Counted from the stretch's first letter, positions 10,243 to 21,764 are shown. The stretch is DNA of 64,000 bases from Alphaproteobacteria bacterium (GCA_964291265.2 OZ219747.1:320001-384000), one strand, 5' to 3'. Notes: generated from the letters alone by a model not told the origin. Made by a program: numbers and translations.

Positions 10243-11400
10243 TCAGGCGAGGAAGCGTTGCAACCTGTCTGCGGCAGCGTCGAGGACGTCATCCTTCTTG
10301 CAGAAGCAGAATCGGATGAGGGTGTCGATGCTGCCCTGGCGCATGAAGGCGCTGACCGGAACGGCGGTGACACCGGCCTTCTCGGTGATGAGACGGCAGA
10401 ACGCCTCGTCACCGCCGGCGATGCCGAATGGCGTGATGTCGGCATTGATGAAATACGTGCCCTGGCAGGGAAGGACCGGGAATCCGGCCTTCGCAAGACC
10501 GCAGGCCAAGCGGTCGCGCTTGCCCTGCAGGTGGGCCGCGAGATCGGTGTAGTAGGATGTCTCCTTTCCCAATCCATAGGCCACGGCCTTCTGCAGGTTG
10601 GGAGCCGTGGTGAAGGTGACAAACTGGTGGGCCTTCATGACGGCGGTCATGAGATCGGCCGGCCCTTCGACCCATCCGACCTTCCATCCCGTCAGCGAAA
10701 AGATCTTGCCGGCCGAGGAGATCCTCAGGGTTCGCTCGCGCATGCCGTCGAGTGACGCGATCGGCCGGTGCGCGAGCCCGTCGAAGAGCAGATGTTCATA
10801 GACCTCGTCACACAGGCAGATGACATCGTGCTGGATGCACATCCGCCGGATGAGGTCCAGTTCCGCCATGGTCAACACGCGCGCGGCAGGATTCATCGGC
10901 GAGTTGAGAAGGATCATGCGTGTCCGTGGCGTGAACGCCTCCTCGAGGGCCACGGGAGCGAGTTCCCACCCCGGCGGCTCGAGGGTGACATACCGGGGGA
11001 CGGCGCCAGCCCGCTCGATCATCGGCGGATAGGAATCATAGAGAGGTTCCAGCAACACCACCTCGTCGCCCGGATTGAGCAAGGCAAGGAAGCAGTCCGC
11101 CAGGGCCTCCGTTGCCCCCGACGTGACGACGATCTCGCTCTGCCAGTCGTAGTCGAGACCGTAGAAGCGCCGTGCGTGTGCGGCGATGGCCTGGCGGAGT
11201 TCGGCGAGCCCGGTCATGGGAGGGTACTGGTTGGGACCTTCCATGAGAGCGTCCGCCGCCGCCTGGCGAATGTCCCGGGGCCCGTCCTCGTCTGGAAAAC
11301 CCTGGCCAAGATTGATGGATCCGTGTTCCATCGCCAGGCGCGACATGACCTCGAACACCGTGGTTCCGAGGGCTGCCATGATCGTGTTGGCCGGCCTCAT
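10243..11400 (-). CDS. Class I/II PLP aminotransferase (YbdL-like)
   Basis: NLGQGFPD, DEVYEHL, SAGKIFSLTGWKVG. Confidence 0.92.
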   Translation of the reverse strand: MRPANTIMAALGTTVFEVMSRLAMEHGSINLGQGFPDEDGPRDIRQAAADALMEGPNQYPPMTGLAELRQAIAAHARRFYGLDYDWQSEIVVTSGATEALADCFLALLNPGDEVVLLEPLYDSYPPMIERAGAVPRYVTLEPPGWELAPVALEEAFTPRTRMILLNSPMNPAARVLTMAELDLIRRMCIQHDVICLCDEVYEHLLFDGLAHRPIASLDGMRERTLRISSAGKIFSLTGWKVGWVEGPADLMTAVMKAHQFVTFTTAPNLQKAVAYGLGKETSYYTDLAAHLQGKRDRLACGLAKAGFPVLPCQGTYFINADITPFGIAGGDEAFCRLITEKAGVTAVPVSAFMRQGSIDTLIRFCFCKKDDVLDAAADRLQRFLA

Positions 11401-11506
11401 GTCACCCTCCGACGGTCACGATGAACCCTCTCCGCGACGTCCCTCGCAGACAAGGTGTCTTTCGAATCTCGACAAGAGCGATCCGATCTGCCAGATACTG
11501 CACTGA

Positions 11507-11944
<438 letters not shown>

Positions 11945-11988
11945 AAGCGTGCCCGAATCTCCAACAGACAACCGGAAGGAACCCCGCG

Positions 11989-13401
11989 ATGTCAGATGCT
12001 GAAAGTGTGCTCAAGCGTATCGAGGATGACGACATCCCCTACGTCGACCTCCGATTCACCGACCCAAGGGGCAAGTGGCAGCATCTCACGCTGTCCAGGC
12101 GCATGGTTGACGAAGACATGTTCACGGACGGTGTCATGTTCGACGGCTCCTCCATCGCCGGCTGGAAGGCCATCAACGAATCCGACATGACCCTCATTCC
12201 CGATCCTGACACCATGGTCCTGGATCCCTTCGAATCCCAGCCCACGCTCATCCTGAACTGCGACATCCACGAACCGTCGACCGGACAGGACTATGAGCGC
12301 GATCCGCGCTCGCTGGCGAGACGGGCGGAAGCCTATCTGCAGTACACCGGCATCGGCGACACGGCCTTCTTCGGCCCCGAGCTCGAGTTCTTCGTCTTCG
12401 ACAGCGTGCGCTTCACCACCGAATCCCACGCCATGGGCTACGAGATCGATTCGGATGAAGGGCCCTACAACGACAACACCGAGTACGAGGCGACGGGCAA
12501 CCTCGCCCACCGGCCACGCCAGAAGGGCGGCTACTTCCCCGTTCCGCCCGTTGATTCACTGAGCGACATGCGCTCCGAGATGCTGACGACCATGGCAGAC
12601 ATGGGCCTTCCCATCGACAAGCATCACCACGAGGTGGCGCCGGCACAGCACGAACTCGGCTTGACATTCGGTTCGCTGCTGACCTGCGCCGACAACGTGC
12701 AGGCCTACAAGTACGTCGTTCACCGGGTTGCCCACAGCTACGGCAAGACGGCGACCTTCATGCCCAAGCCCGTGATGTACGACAACGGCTCCGGCATGCA
12801 TGTGCACCAGTCCATCTGGAGGGACGGAGAGCCTCTCTTCGCCGGGAACCGCTACGCCGACCTTTCCGACATGGCGCTCTACTACATCGGTGGCATCATC
12901 CGCCATGCCAAGGCGCTCAACGCCTTCACCAACGCCTCGACCAACAGCTACAAGCGACTGGTTCCTGGCTACGAGGCGCCGGTGCTGCTCGCCTACAGTT
13001 CGCGCAACCGCTCTGCGTCCTGCCGCATTCCCTACGCCACGTCACCGAAGGCCAAGCGTGTCGAGATCCGTTTCCCGGACCCGACCGCGAATCCCTACCT
13101 TGCCTTCTCGGCCATGCTGATGGCCGGCCTCGACGGCATCGAGAACCGTATCCATCCAGGCGATGCCATGGACAAGAACCTCTACGATCTGCCGCCCGAG
13201 GAACTCAAGGATGTGCCGACGGTAGCAGGCAGCCTGCGCGAGGCGTTGAACGCCCTCGAGGAGGACAATGACTTTCTCAAGAAGGGTGAGGTCTTCAGCG
13301 ATGAGCTCATCAACGGCTATCTCGAACTCAAGTGGGAAGAGGTGATGGCCTTCGAGACCACCACGCATCCCATCGAGTTCGACATGTACTACAGCATCTA
13401 G
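11989..13401 (+). CDS. glnA: Type I glutamine synthetase
   Basis: [35 protein letters not shown]. Confidence 0.98.
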   Translation: MSDAESVLKRIEDDDIPYVDLRFTDPRGKWQHLTLSRRMVDEDMFTDGVMFDGSSIAGWKAINESDMTLIPDPDTMVLDPFESQPTLILNCDIHEPSTGQDYERDPRSLARRAEAYLQYTGIGDTAFFGPELEFFVFDSVRFTTESHAMGYEIDSDEGPYNDNTEYEATGNLAHRPRQKGGYFPVPPVDSLSDMRSEMLTTMADMGLPIDKHHHEVAPAQHELGLTFGSLLTCADNVQAYKYVVHRVAHSYGKTATFMPKPVMYDNGSGMHVHQSIWRDGEPLFAGNRYADLSDMALYYIGGIIRHAKALNAFTNASTNSYKRLVPGYEAPVLLAYSSRNRSASCRIPYATSPKAKRVEIRFPDPTANPYLAFSAMLMAGLDGIENRIHPGDAMDKNLYDLPPEELKDVPTVAGSLREALNALEEDNDFLKKGEVFSDELINGYLELKWEEVMAFETTTHPIEFDMYYSI

Positions 13402-13457
13402 AAGGTGGATCTTTCCGGGCACGCACGCCAAGCGTGCCCGGAAGACCGGGTTCCAGG

Positions 13458-13964
13458 ATGGCCAGCCGCACACTTTCCCTGCTTCCCGTCTTCGCACTCC
13501 TGGCGGTGGTCGGGGGCAGTGCAGCCGAAGCCGGGTGCAACGACCTTCCGGCAGAAAACGTCGACTGGCGCAGCTGCAATCTCTCCGGCATCGATTTCCC
13601 CGGGGCCGTCCTCGTCGGCGGCAACCTGCGCGGCGCAGCGCTCAGCAACGCGAACCTGCGGAATGCCGACTTGTCGCGCATTGACGGCTACCGCGTGCGT
13701 TTCGTCGAATCGGACCTTTCCGGCGCCACGTTCGACGGCGCGAAACTCACCGGCGCACGCTTCGACAGGGCCGACCTTTCGGGTGCCTCCATGCGGCGCG
13801 TCGAGGTCCGGGACACCAAGTTTCTCTTTGCCGATCTAACCGGTGTCGACTTCACCGGAGCCGTTCTCAGGGATGTCGACTTCACCGGCGCCACCCTCAC
13901 CGGCGCCACGTGGACCGATGGCGTGAAGGTGTGCGCCGAAGGATCCCGGGGAATGTGCCGGTAG
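13458..13964 (+). CDS. Secreted pentapeptide-repeat protein
   Basis: Signal-peptide-like N-terminus; A(D/N)LxG repeats; terminal C..GS.G.C. Confidence 0.88.
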   Translation: MASRTLSLLPVFALLAVVGGSAAEAGCNDLPAENVDWRSCNLSGIDFPGAVLVGGNLRGAALSNANLRNADLSRIDGYRVRFVESDLSGATFDGAKLTGARFDRADLSGASMRRVEVRDTKFLFADLTGVDFTGAVLRDVDFTGATLTGATWTDGVKVCAEGSRGMCR

Positions 13965-13978
13965 CTCCGTCCTGGTTG

Positions 13979-15268
13979 TCAGACCTTTTCCAGGGCCTCG
14001 TCGAGATCGCGGATGAGATCGCTGACCGTCTCGATGCCGATGGAAAGACGGATCGTGTCGTCGGCGGCGCCGGCGGCGGCGCGCTGTTCGGGCGTCAGCT
14101 GGCGGTGTGTCGTGCTCGCCGGGTGTATGACGAGGCTCCGTGTATCACCGACATTGGCAAGATGACTGAAGAGGCCGGACGCCTCGACCATGCGGGTACA
14201 GGCATCGAAACCGTCCTTCAGACCGAAGGTGAAGACACTGCCGAAGCCGTGCTTCAGGTACTTGCGCGCCAGACCGTGCCACGGGCTCGACTCCAGTCCG
14301 GCGTAGGAGACCCAGGCCACCTTGGGGTGGGTCTCGAGGTGGCGGGCGACATCGAGAGCGTTGTCGCAGTGACGCTGCATCCTCAGGGGCAGGGTCTCGC
14401 ATCCGGTGATCAGATGGAAGGCATTGGCCGGCGACAGCGACGGCCCGAAATCCCTCAGCGCCACGGCGCGCGCCTTCATGGTGAACCCGAAATCACCGAA
14501 GGTCTCGGCAAAGGTGAGGCCGTGATAGGCCTCTTCGGGTTCCGTCATGCCGGGGAACTTGCCACTGGCAAACCAGTCGAAGGCGCCCGACTCGACGACG
14601 ACGCCTCCCATCGAGGTGCCGTGGCCACCGATGAACTTGGTCGCCGAATGGATGACGATATCGGCCCCCCAGTGAATGGGCTGGATGAGGCACGGTGTGG
14701 CCAGGGTGTTGTCGACGACAAGAGGAATCCGGTGGCGGCGTGCGATCGCGACCAGGGGTTCGAGGTCGACGACGATACCCCCGGGATTGGCCAGCACCTC
14801 GACGAAGATGGCGCGGGTCTCGTCTCGTATGGCGGCTTCCACGATGTCCGGGTCGTTGGGGTCGACGAGGTCGGCGTGCCAGCCGAGCCTGGCAAAGGAC
14901 TTGGTGAACTGCGTGACGGAACCGCCGTAGAGATAGCGCGACGCGACGATGTGGGAGCCGGGCTCGAGCAGGGTAAAGAAGGCAAGAAACTGCGCCGCAT
15001 GACCCGAGGCGCAGGCGACGGCGGCGCGGCCGTCCTCGAGACTGGCGACCCTTTCCTCGAGAACCGCCACCGTCGGGTTGGTCAGCCTCGAATAGAGATA
15101 GCCGAAGGTCTGGAGATTGAAGAGCGAGGCGGCGTGCTCGACGTCGTCGAACACGAAGCTGGTCGTCTGGTAGATCGGTGTCTGCCTTGCTCCGGTGGCC
15201 GGGTCGGGGCGCGCCCCGGCGTGGACGGCACGGGTCTCCATGCCGTAGAGGCGGTCGCCGTCATTCAT
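13979..15268 (-). CDS. metY: O-acetylhomoserine sulfhydrylase
   Basis: PIYQTTSF, YSRLTNPT, HSATKFIGGHG, LANVGD. Confidence 0.9.
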   Translation of the reverse strand: MNDGDRLYGMETRAVHAGARPDPATGARQTPIYQTTSFVFDDVEHAASLFNLQTFGYLYSRLTNPTVAVLEERVASLEDGRAAVACASGHAAQFLAFFTLLEPGSHIVASRYLYGGSVTQFTKSFARLGWHADLVDPNDPDIVEAAIRDETRAIFVEVLANPGGIVVDLEPLVAIARRHRIPLVVDNTLATPCLIQPIHWGADIVIHSATKFIGGHGTSMGGVVVESGAFDWFASGKFPGMTEPEEAYHGLTFAETFGDFGFTMKARAVALRDFGPSLSPANAFHLITGCETLPLRMQRHCDNALDVARHLETHPKVAWVSYAGLESSPWHGLARKYLKHGFGSVFTFGLKDGFDACTRMVEASGLFSHLANVGDTRSLVIHPASTTHRQLTPEQRAAAGAADDTIRLSIGIETVSDLIRDLDEALEKV

Positions 15269-15304
15269 GACTGACCCCTTGTCGTGGGCGCAAGGCAGCG
15301 GGTG

Positions 15305-15799
15305 TCACAGTCTCAGGACCCGGGCGGTGATGATCCCGGAATTGACGCCGCTCCACGAGAGTTCCCCGGAAAGCCGTCCATATTCGATCTTCGGGCACCG
15401 GTCCATGACGACCTCGAGACCCGCGGCCTCCGCCCTCTGGGCTGCGGCATCGTTGCGCACCCCGAGCTGCATCCAGACAACCTGGAACTGTTTGCCGTTC
15501 CGCAACCTGATGATCTCGTCGACAATGCCTCCGGCCGCCCGGGAATTGCGAAAGATGTCGACCATGGGAACGGGCGTCCGGAGCTCGTCAAGGGACCCCA
15601 GCACGGTTTCACCCAGCACCGTCTGGCCGGCGGCGGCCGGATTGACCGGGATGATGCGATATCCCTTGCCCTGGAGGTACTTCATCACGAAATGGCTCGG
15701 TCGCACCCAGTTCGGACTGGCGCCGATCATGGCGATGGTGCGGCAGCGGCGCAGGATCGAGCGCAGCGCCTCGTCGCTGTAGCGGTCGTGACCGGCCAT
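15305..15799 (-). CDS. CoA-binding protein (YccU-like)
   Basis: IAMIGASPNWVRPS, VDIFR, WMQLG, DRCPKIE; start overlaps upstream stop. Confidence 0.9.
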   Translation of the reverse strand: MAGHDRYSDEALRSILRRCRTIAMIGASPNWVRPSHFVMKYLQGKGYRIIPVNPAAAGQTVLGETVLGSLDELRTPVPMVDIFRNSRAAGGIVDEIIRLRNGKQFQVVWMQLGVRNDAAAQRAEAAGLEVVMDRCPKIEYGRLSGELSWSGVNSGIITARVLRL

Positions 15800-16578
15800 C
15801 ACTCGCCCTGCCACCGCGGAGCGCGCTTGCCGAGGAACGCGTCGATTCCCTCCTTCGCATCCCGCTTGAGCATGTTCTCGGTCATCACCCGGCTGGCGTA
15901 GGCGTACGCCTCGTCCAGGGGCATCTCCAGCTGGCGGTAGAAGGCCTCCTTGCCGATGGCCACAGTCATGGGGGACTTCGAGGCGATGGTCCGCGCCAGC
16001 TGCGATGTCGCGGAATCGAGGTCGCAAGCCGCCACGACGCGGTTGACGAGGCCCAGTTCCCGTGCCCGTACCGCGTCGATCACGTCACCGGTCAGCAACA
16101 TCTCCATGGCGGGCTTGCGCGCCACGTTGCGTGACAGCGCGACCATCGGCGTGGAACAGAAGAGCCCGATGTTGACGCCGGGCGTGGCGAAGGCCGCCCC
16201 CACCGAGGCCACGGCGAGGTCGCAGCTCGCCACCAGCTGGCAACCAGCCGCTGTCGCCATGCCGCCGACACTGGCGATCACCGGCTTCGGCAGCCTGACA
16301 ATGGTCGTCATCAGGCGGCTGCACTGATCGAAGAGGCGGTTGTGGTTGTCGGCTCCCGGATGATCACGGATCTCCTTCAGGTCATGACCGGCACAGAACA
16401 CCTTGCCCTTGCCGGCAATGACGATGACATGCACGTCGGACCGGTTCGCGAGGCGATCGAGTTCGTCCTGCAGCGCAGCCATCAATGCGACACTGAGCGC
16501 GTTGCGCCGTTTCGGGCGATTGAGCGCCAGGTGCGCCACCTGACCCTCCTGCGAAGTGAGGAGAAGCGGTTCGTCCAT
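15799..16578 (-). CDS. Enoyl-CoA hydratase/isomerase
   Basis: LNRPKRRNAL, FCAGHDL, AAGCQLVASCD. Confidence 0.92.
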   Translation of the reverse strand: MDEPLLLTSQEGQVAHLALNRPKRRNALSVALMAALQDELDRLANRSDVHVIVIAGKGKVFCAGHDLKEIRDHPGADNHNRLFDQCSRLMTTIVRLPKPVIASVGGMATAAGCQLVASCDLAVASVGAAFATPGVNIGLFCSTPMVALSRNVARKPAMEMLLTGDVIDAVRARELGLVNRVVAACDLDSATSQLARTIASKSPMTVAIGKEAFYRQLEMPLDEAYAYASRVMTENMLKRDAKEGIDAFLGKRAPRWQGE

Positions 16579-16643
16579 CCCTGCACTGTAGCCAAGCTGC
16601 GGACACGGAGACAATGGATGTCTCGGCGATGAGGATTCGGGCA

Positions 16644-16673
16644 TTGACATGACCGGGCAGTCTTGACTAGGTT
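16644..16673 (+). promoter_or_regulatory. sigma70-like promoter of rplM-rpsI
   Basis: TTGACA-18 nt-TAGGTT, 35 nt upstream of rplM ATG. Confidence 0.5.
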
Positions 16674-16708
16674 CCGCCGCGTCAGGCTGACTGCCATTCG
16701 GAACCCGC

Positions 16709-17173
16709 ATGAAGACCTATGTTGCCAAGCCGCGCGAAGTCGAGCGCACGTGGTACCTGGTTGACGCCGAGGATCTTGTTCTCGGACGCATGGCCGTGGA
16801 AATCGCCGACATCCTGCGAGGCAAGCACAAGCCGACCTTTTCGCCGCATGTCGATTGCGGAGATTTCGTGATCGTCGTCAACGCCGAAAAGGTTCACCTG
16901 ACGGGCAACAAGCGGGCCGGCGAGACATTCCACTGGCACACCGGGTGGCCAGGCGGCATCAAGGGTCAGACCCTTGGCGAACGACTCGACGGGGCCTTCC
17001 CCGAGCGCGTCGTCATCAAGGCCGTCGAGCGCATGATCTCCCGCAACCCGCTTGGCCGCCAGGTCATGAAGAAACTCAAGGTCTATGCCGGGTCACACCA
17101 TCCCCACGAAGCGCAGCAGCCGGAGGTTCTCGACCTGGCGGCGCGCAACCCCAAGAACAGAAGGGCTGCCTGA
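16709..17173 (+). CDS. rplM: 50S ribosomal protein L13
   Basis: [25 protein letters not shown]. Confidence 0.98.
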   Translation: MKTYVAKPREVERTWYLVDAEDLVLGRMAVEIADILRGKHKPTFSPHVDCGDFVIVVNAEKVHLTGNKRAGETFHWHTGWPGGIKGQTLGERLDGAFPERVVIKAVERMISRNPLGRQVMKKLKVYAGSHHPHEAQQPEVLDLAARNPKNRRAA

Positions 17174-17175
17174 CC

Positions 17176-17640
17176 ATGGCGATTGTGGCCGAAACCCAGG
17201 AACCCGCCGTTTCCGACGCCGACATCCAGCTTCCCGAACCCCAGATTGATCCCCAGGGGCGCTCCTATGCCACAGGCAAGCGCAAGAACGCGATCGCCCG
17301 CGTCTGGCTGAAACCCGGGGTCGGACGCATCATCGTCAATGGCAGCAGCGTCGAGGAGTACTTCACGCGCGGCACCTGGCGGCTGATCCTCGGCCGCCCC
17401 TTCCATGTCGCCGACCGTGTCGACCAGTACGACGTCTTCTGCACGGTGAAGGGGGGCGGGCTGTCGGGCCAGGCGGGCGCCCTGCGTCACGGCATCTCGA
17501 AGGCGTTGGCACTCCATGAACCGGTTCTGCGCAAGACACTCAAGTCCAGCGGCTACCTGACGCGCGACCCACGGGTCGTGGAGCGCAAAAAGTACGGCAA
17601 GCGCAAGGCGCGCCGCAGCTTCCAGTTCTCCAAGCGCTGA
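17176..17640 (+). CDS. rpsI: 30S ribosomal protein S9
   Basis: [39 protein letters not shown]. Confidence 0.98.
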   Translation: MAIVAETQEPAVSDADIQLPEPQIDPQGRSYATGKRKNAIARVWLKPGVGRIIVNGSSVEEYFTRGTWRLILGRPFHVADRVDQYDVFCTVKGGGLSGQAGALRHGISKALALHEPVLRKTLKSSGYLTRDPRVVERKKYGKRKARRSFQFSKR

Positions 17641-17652
17641 CGGCCGAAGCCG

Positions 17653-18255
17653 TCAGTCCACCTCGATCTCGAGTTCCGTCGGCCGGTTGCCGGCGTTGAT
17701 CTCCCAGCCTTCGGCCTGGATGTCGAAAGGACACGAGGACACCACGCAGATGAGGTCCATCAAGGCCTCCATGGTCACGCTGGCCCCCGGTTTGACGCGG
17801 TTGGCGGGAGCCGTCAGGCGTCCTTCGCCATCCACCGGGACGTTGGTGAAGAAGTTGATGGGCTGGGGAATGACCGAAATCTCGTAACCCTCGCGGCGCA
17901 TGGCGATCTGCAGGTTCCCGGAACAGCTGGCGTGCACGCCCCGATAGCCGAAGAACTCGTATCGGAACTGGTCGCAGGCCGCGAGCAGCATGTCGTGGAT
18001 GCCGTCGGCGGTGTCCCCTGTCATCGTCAGCATCGGCCGTCGGAATCGCGACAGGAAGACATCGCCCGGGCGCGGCCTGAGCGAGAACGTGGTGACCCAC
18101 GTGTGGGTGGGCGACAGCCACTCGTCGACATTGGCGCTGTTGTAGGCGAAGAAATCGGCCGCCTGGCCTCCCTTCGGCGTCGCCACGGAGATGGACTCGC
18201 CAGCGGCAACACGCACTGCACGACCTTCCGACGGCGGGACAATGATCCGTTCCAT
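17653..18255 (-). CDS. DUF1989 / urea-carboxylase-associated family protein
   Basis: GQAADF, HDMLLAAC, H.SC..NL, INFFTN, SSCP. Confidence 0.85.
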   Translation of the reverse strand: MERIIVPPSEGRAVRVAAGESISVATPKGGQAADFFAYNSANVDEWLSPTHTWVTTFSLRPRPGDVFLSRFRRPMLTMTGDTADGIHDMLLAACDQFRYEFFGYRGVHASCSGNLQIAMRREGYEISVIPQPINFFTNVPVDGEGRLTAPANRVKPGASVTMEALMDLICVVSSCPFDIQAEGWEINAGNRPTELEIEVD

Positions 18256-18264
18256 GGGGGCTCC

Positions 18265-18981
18265 TCAGGCTGTCAAGGCCCGCAGACCGGCTTCGCCGGT
18301 TGCGGGGAATCCGGCGAGCTCGGTGACGACATCATCGCTCGTCACGATCCGGCAATACCCCGAATACATGTCGAGCGACTGCTCGTGCCGCTCCCTGCTC
18401 ATGGTGGCGCACGCGTCCTCCGGCACCGTTACAAGATAGCCGAGATCGCAGGCATCCCGCACCGCCGACTCGACGCACTGGTCGGTCAGAAGGCCACAGA
18501 TGACGATCTGTTCGATCTCGAGTGCGCGCAGCACGTAATCAACGTTGGTCGACACGAAGACATTCGATGATGTCTTCGAGATGACAATCTCGTCGTCGTG
18601 GCGGGCAATGGCTTCGGGAATGGCGGCCCATGGCGACCCCTTCGGAACGCCGATGCCCGAGATGCGATAATCGAGCCCGAGATCCCGCATGTCGCCGGTC
18701 AGGGCCTCGACGACCGTGTACATCACCTCCATGCCGACCCGCCTCGACGCGTCCTGAAGGCGGGCGATCGCCGGCAGGGTCACCCCTTCAAGGCGGGTGA
18801 AGTAGTAGGCGAGATGGTGCGGAATGGCGGAAGGGTCGATATCGCCGAATTCACCATCTCCGGGTGTCACCGTGTAGACCTGCACATCCACCACCAGCAG
18901 GGCCGCATGACGCGGGGTCCTGATCGGCACGTGACGCGTCAGACCACCTCTTGCGTCACGGGCGAAGCATGTGCGTGACAT
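18265..18981 (-). CDS. Isochorismatase-family cysteine hydrolase (start uncertain)
   Basis: ALLVVDVQ, ISKTSSNVF, GLLTDQCVESAVRDA. Confidence 0.88.
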   Translation of the reverse strand: MSRTCFARDARGGLTRHVPIRTPRHAALLVVDVQVYTVTPGDGEFGDIDPSAIPHHLAYYFTRLEGVTLPAIARLQDASRRVGMEVMYTVVEALTGDMRDLGLDYRISGIGVPKGSPWAAIPEAIARHDDEIVISKTSSNVFVSTNVDYVLRALEIEQIVICGLLTDQCVESAVRDACDLGYLVTVPEDACATMSRERHEQSLDMYSGYCRIVTSDDVVTELAGFPATGEAGLRALTA

Positions 18982-19114
18982 GGACCCTGTTCTCCCTTGC
19001 CCCCGCCACCCTAAGGCGGCCCGAGCGTCCCGTGCAAGGCTCCATCGGCATGCCGGGGCTTGGAGTGAACCCGGCTCCCGGCTACCTTGGCCCGGGGCAT
19101 GCAGGCCGGAGGAC

Positions 19115-19942
19115 ATGGGCGGGATCAAGGCGGTCATCTTCGACTGGTCCGGCACCGTGATCGATTTCGGTTCCAGGGCGCCTGTCGAGGCCTTCATCGA
19201 GATCTTCGCAGATCGTGGCGTCGCCATTCGTGATGACGAGGCGAGGGCGCCCATGGGCCTCGGCAAGCGCCACCACATCGAGGCTCTGGCACGCCTGCCC
19301 CGTATCGCCGCTGCATGGCGCCACGTTCACGGCCAGGGCATCATGGCCGACGACATCGACCGTCTTCACGGGATCCTGGAACGGCGCATCAAGGACGCGG
19401 CTCTCCGTCGTTCCGCCCTGATTCCGGGCACCGCCCGCGTCATTGGCGGCCTGCGCCGCCGCGGTGTCAGGATCGGTTCGACCACCGGGTATCCCCGTTC
19501 CGTGCTGACGCCTCTTGCCCGCCTGGCGGAGACGCAGGGATTTGCGCCCGACGTAACGGTGTGCTCGGACGACCTTGCCGCCGGCAGACCCACGCCGCTC
19601 ATGATGTACCGCTGCTTCATCGATCTTGCCGTCTGGCCGGCCAGTGCCGTCGTCAAGGTGGACGACACCGCACCCGGCATCGCGGAGGCGGTCGCCGCCG
19701 GCAGCTGGGCCGTCGGTGTCACGCTGTCGGGGAACGGAGTCGGGCTTGACGAGAACGACCTGGCACGACTCGACGCGTCAGAGATCGGCCGGCTGAGGAC
19801 CAGGGCCGCCGCGCCTCTTCATGAGGCCGGCGCCCATCATGTCATCGACACCGTTGCCGATCTTCCCCGGGCACTCGACCACATCACGAAGAGCCTTGGC
19901 TCCGGGGGTACGCCCTTCGACGACCGGGAGAACGGACGATGA
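19115..19942 (+). CDS. phnX: Phosphonoacetaldehyde hydrolase
   Basis: DWSGTVIDFGSRAP, PMGLGK (Schiff-base Lys), GRPTP, KVDDT; RBS GGAGG. Confidence 0.92.
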   Translation: MGGIKAVIFDWSGTVIDFGSRAPVEAFIEIFADRGVAIRDDEARAPMGLGKRHHIEALARLPRIAAAWRHVHGQGIMADDIDRLHGILERRIKDAALRRSALIPGTARVIGGLRRRGVRIGSTTGYPRSVLTPLARLAETQGFAPDVTVCSDDLAAGRPTPLMMYRCFIDLAVWPASAVVKVDDTAPGIAEAVAAGSWAVGVTLSGNGVGLDENDLARLDASEIGRLRTRAAAPLHEAGAHHVIDTVADLPRALDHITKSLGSGGTPFDDRENGR

Positions 19943-21462
19943 CGATGATCCTGCTGGGCGGGGAGGCGCTTGGAGTCGACGACGTGGTGGCTGTGGCCCG
20001 TGGTGGCGCATCGACCGGCATCGCCGGCGAGGCGCGATCCCGCATGGAACAGAGCCGCGCCGTGGTCGAGCGCTTCAGTGCCTCCGATCGACCTGTCTAC
20101 GGCCTGACCCGAGGCCTCGGCGGGCGTGTGGTGAATGAAGTGGACCCCGCGGAGCGCGAGGACTACAGCCGGATCGTGGTGCTCGCCAGGGCCTGTGGCG
20201 CCGGCGAGCCACTCCCCGGGGAGACCGTGCGGGCCGCCATGTTCTCAAGGGCCGCCGGAATGGCCCGGGGAGGGGCCGGGGTACGCCCGATCATCGCCGA
20301 AACACTGTGCGCGATGCTTGAAAGGGACGTTCAGCCCCTGGTTCCCGGCATCGGCTCCATCGGCGCCTCGGACATCGCACTGTGCGCCAACATGGCGCTT
20401 CCCCTCATCGGCGAAGGGCGCGCCTGGTTCCAGGGAACACTCCTTGACGGCGCCGAGGCCATGGCGCGCGCCGGTGTCGACGTGGTCGAGCTGCGCGAGA
20501 AGGAGGGTCTGGCTCTCTGCTCCTCGAATGCCGTTTCCGTTGGCCAGGCGGCCCTGGTGATGGCCGATCTGGAACATCTCCTGGAACTGATGGACGGCAT
20601 CGTCGTTCTCGGGTTCGAGGCATTCCGCGCCAATCCCGGGCCCATCGACCCCCGCGTGGTGATGGCCCGTGGCGCGCCTGGCCAGGCCCGGGCGGCCCTG
20701 AGTCTGCGCCACAAGCTTCTGGGCACGGCGCTCTTCGATCCTGCGGAACCGCGCCGTGTCCAGGACCCGATCAGCCTGCGCTGCGTCAGCCACGTTCACG
20801 GCAGTCTGAGGGCAGCGATCGATTTCGCAAGGCCGAATGTCATCGTCGAGATCAACGGCGCCGGGGACAACCCCCTGGTGCTGGCGACGGACGGCGACAT
20901 CCTGTCCACCGGCAATTTCCACACGCCGGCCATGGCGGTCGCCTTCGATGCCCTCACCCTTGCCATGTCCCAGACGGCGACGATGGCGGCACAGCGCATC
21001 GGGCGCCTGATGCAGAACCAGTTCACCGGACTGCCCGACATGCTGACGCGCCACGGCACCACGCGGGCCGGGCTCGGCCTCCTGTCGCTCACGTCGGAGA
21101 CCCTGTCGAAGGAGATCCACCTGCTCGGCGCCCCGGCCAGCCTGCTCGACAGCTCGACCTACCACGTCGAGGACCACGCACCGATGACCTGGGTGGCAGT
21201 CCGCCAGGCACGGGATGCGGTCGTCCACCTCACCCGCATCGCCGCCGCCGAACTCATCGTTGCCGCCCAGGCCTTCGACCTGCGCAATCCGCCGCGCCAC
21301 GCCCGCGTGGCGGGATGCCTGCGCGACGCTCTGCGTCTCATCGTTCCGCCCCTCGACGACGACCGCAGCATGACCGGCGAGGTTGCCGCCGTCGCCACCG
21401 CCATCGCCGACGGCGCATTCCGCGACTGCCTTGGCGCGGAACCGCAGGAATGCGCGCCATGA
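19939..21462 (+). CDS. HAL/PAL-family lyase lacking the Ala-Ser-Gly MIO tripeptide
   Basis: VYGLTRGLG, GSIGASDI, KEGLAL, QDPISLRC, DNP, GNFH. Confidence 0.85.
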   Translation: MTMILLGGEALGVDDVVAVARGGASTGIAGEARSRMEQSRAVVERFSASDRPVYGLTRGLGGRVVNEVDPAEREDYSRIVVLARACGAGEPLPGETVRAAMFSRAAGMARGGAGVRPIIAETLCAMLERDVQPLVPGIGSIGASDIALCANMALPLIGEGRAWFQGTLLDGAEAMARAGVDVVELREKEGLALCSSNAVSVGQAALVMADLEHLLELMDGIVVLGFEAFRANPGPIDPRVVMARGAPGQARAALSLRHKLLGTALFDPAEPRRVQDPISLRCVSHVHGSLRAAIDFARPNVIVEINGAGDNPLVLATDGDILSTGNFHTPAMAVAFDALTLAMSQTATMAAQRIGRLMQNQFTGLPDMLTRHGTTRAGLGLLSLTSETLSKEIHLLGAPASLLDSSTYHVEDHAPMTWVAVRQARDAVVHLTRIAAAELIVAAQAFDLRNPPRHARVAGCLRDALRLIVPPLDDDRSMTGEVAAVATAIADGAFRDCLGAEPQECAP

Positions 21463-21764
21463 CGACCCTGCACCGGGTGGAGGACACGCCTCGTCCGCGG
21501 ACGACCGGCGACATCCTTGCCGCCTGCCATGGCGGATTCGCCCGGACAGTCGAGGCGGCGGGGATGTCCCGCAGCACGGTGCAGACACCCCGCAAGGTCT
21601 GACGAGAGCGTTGCCCGGCAGCTCCCCGTTCCCGATCACGGACATGGCCGGTATTGCGTGCGGACTTCATCGATGTGGTTCCTCCCGGCGGGCCAATTCG
21701 GTAAACGGGAGCCTTCGCCGCCATCTCGCCCGTCGCTCCCGACACCCCCGCTGGAGGATACGCC

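Noticed and set aside
13458-13964. Pentapeptide protein as a Qnr-type resistance gene
   Set aside because: Signal peptide and Cys-capped ends indicate an exported protein
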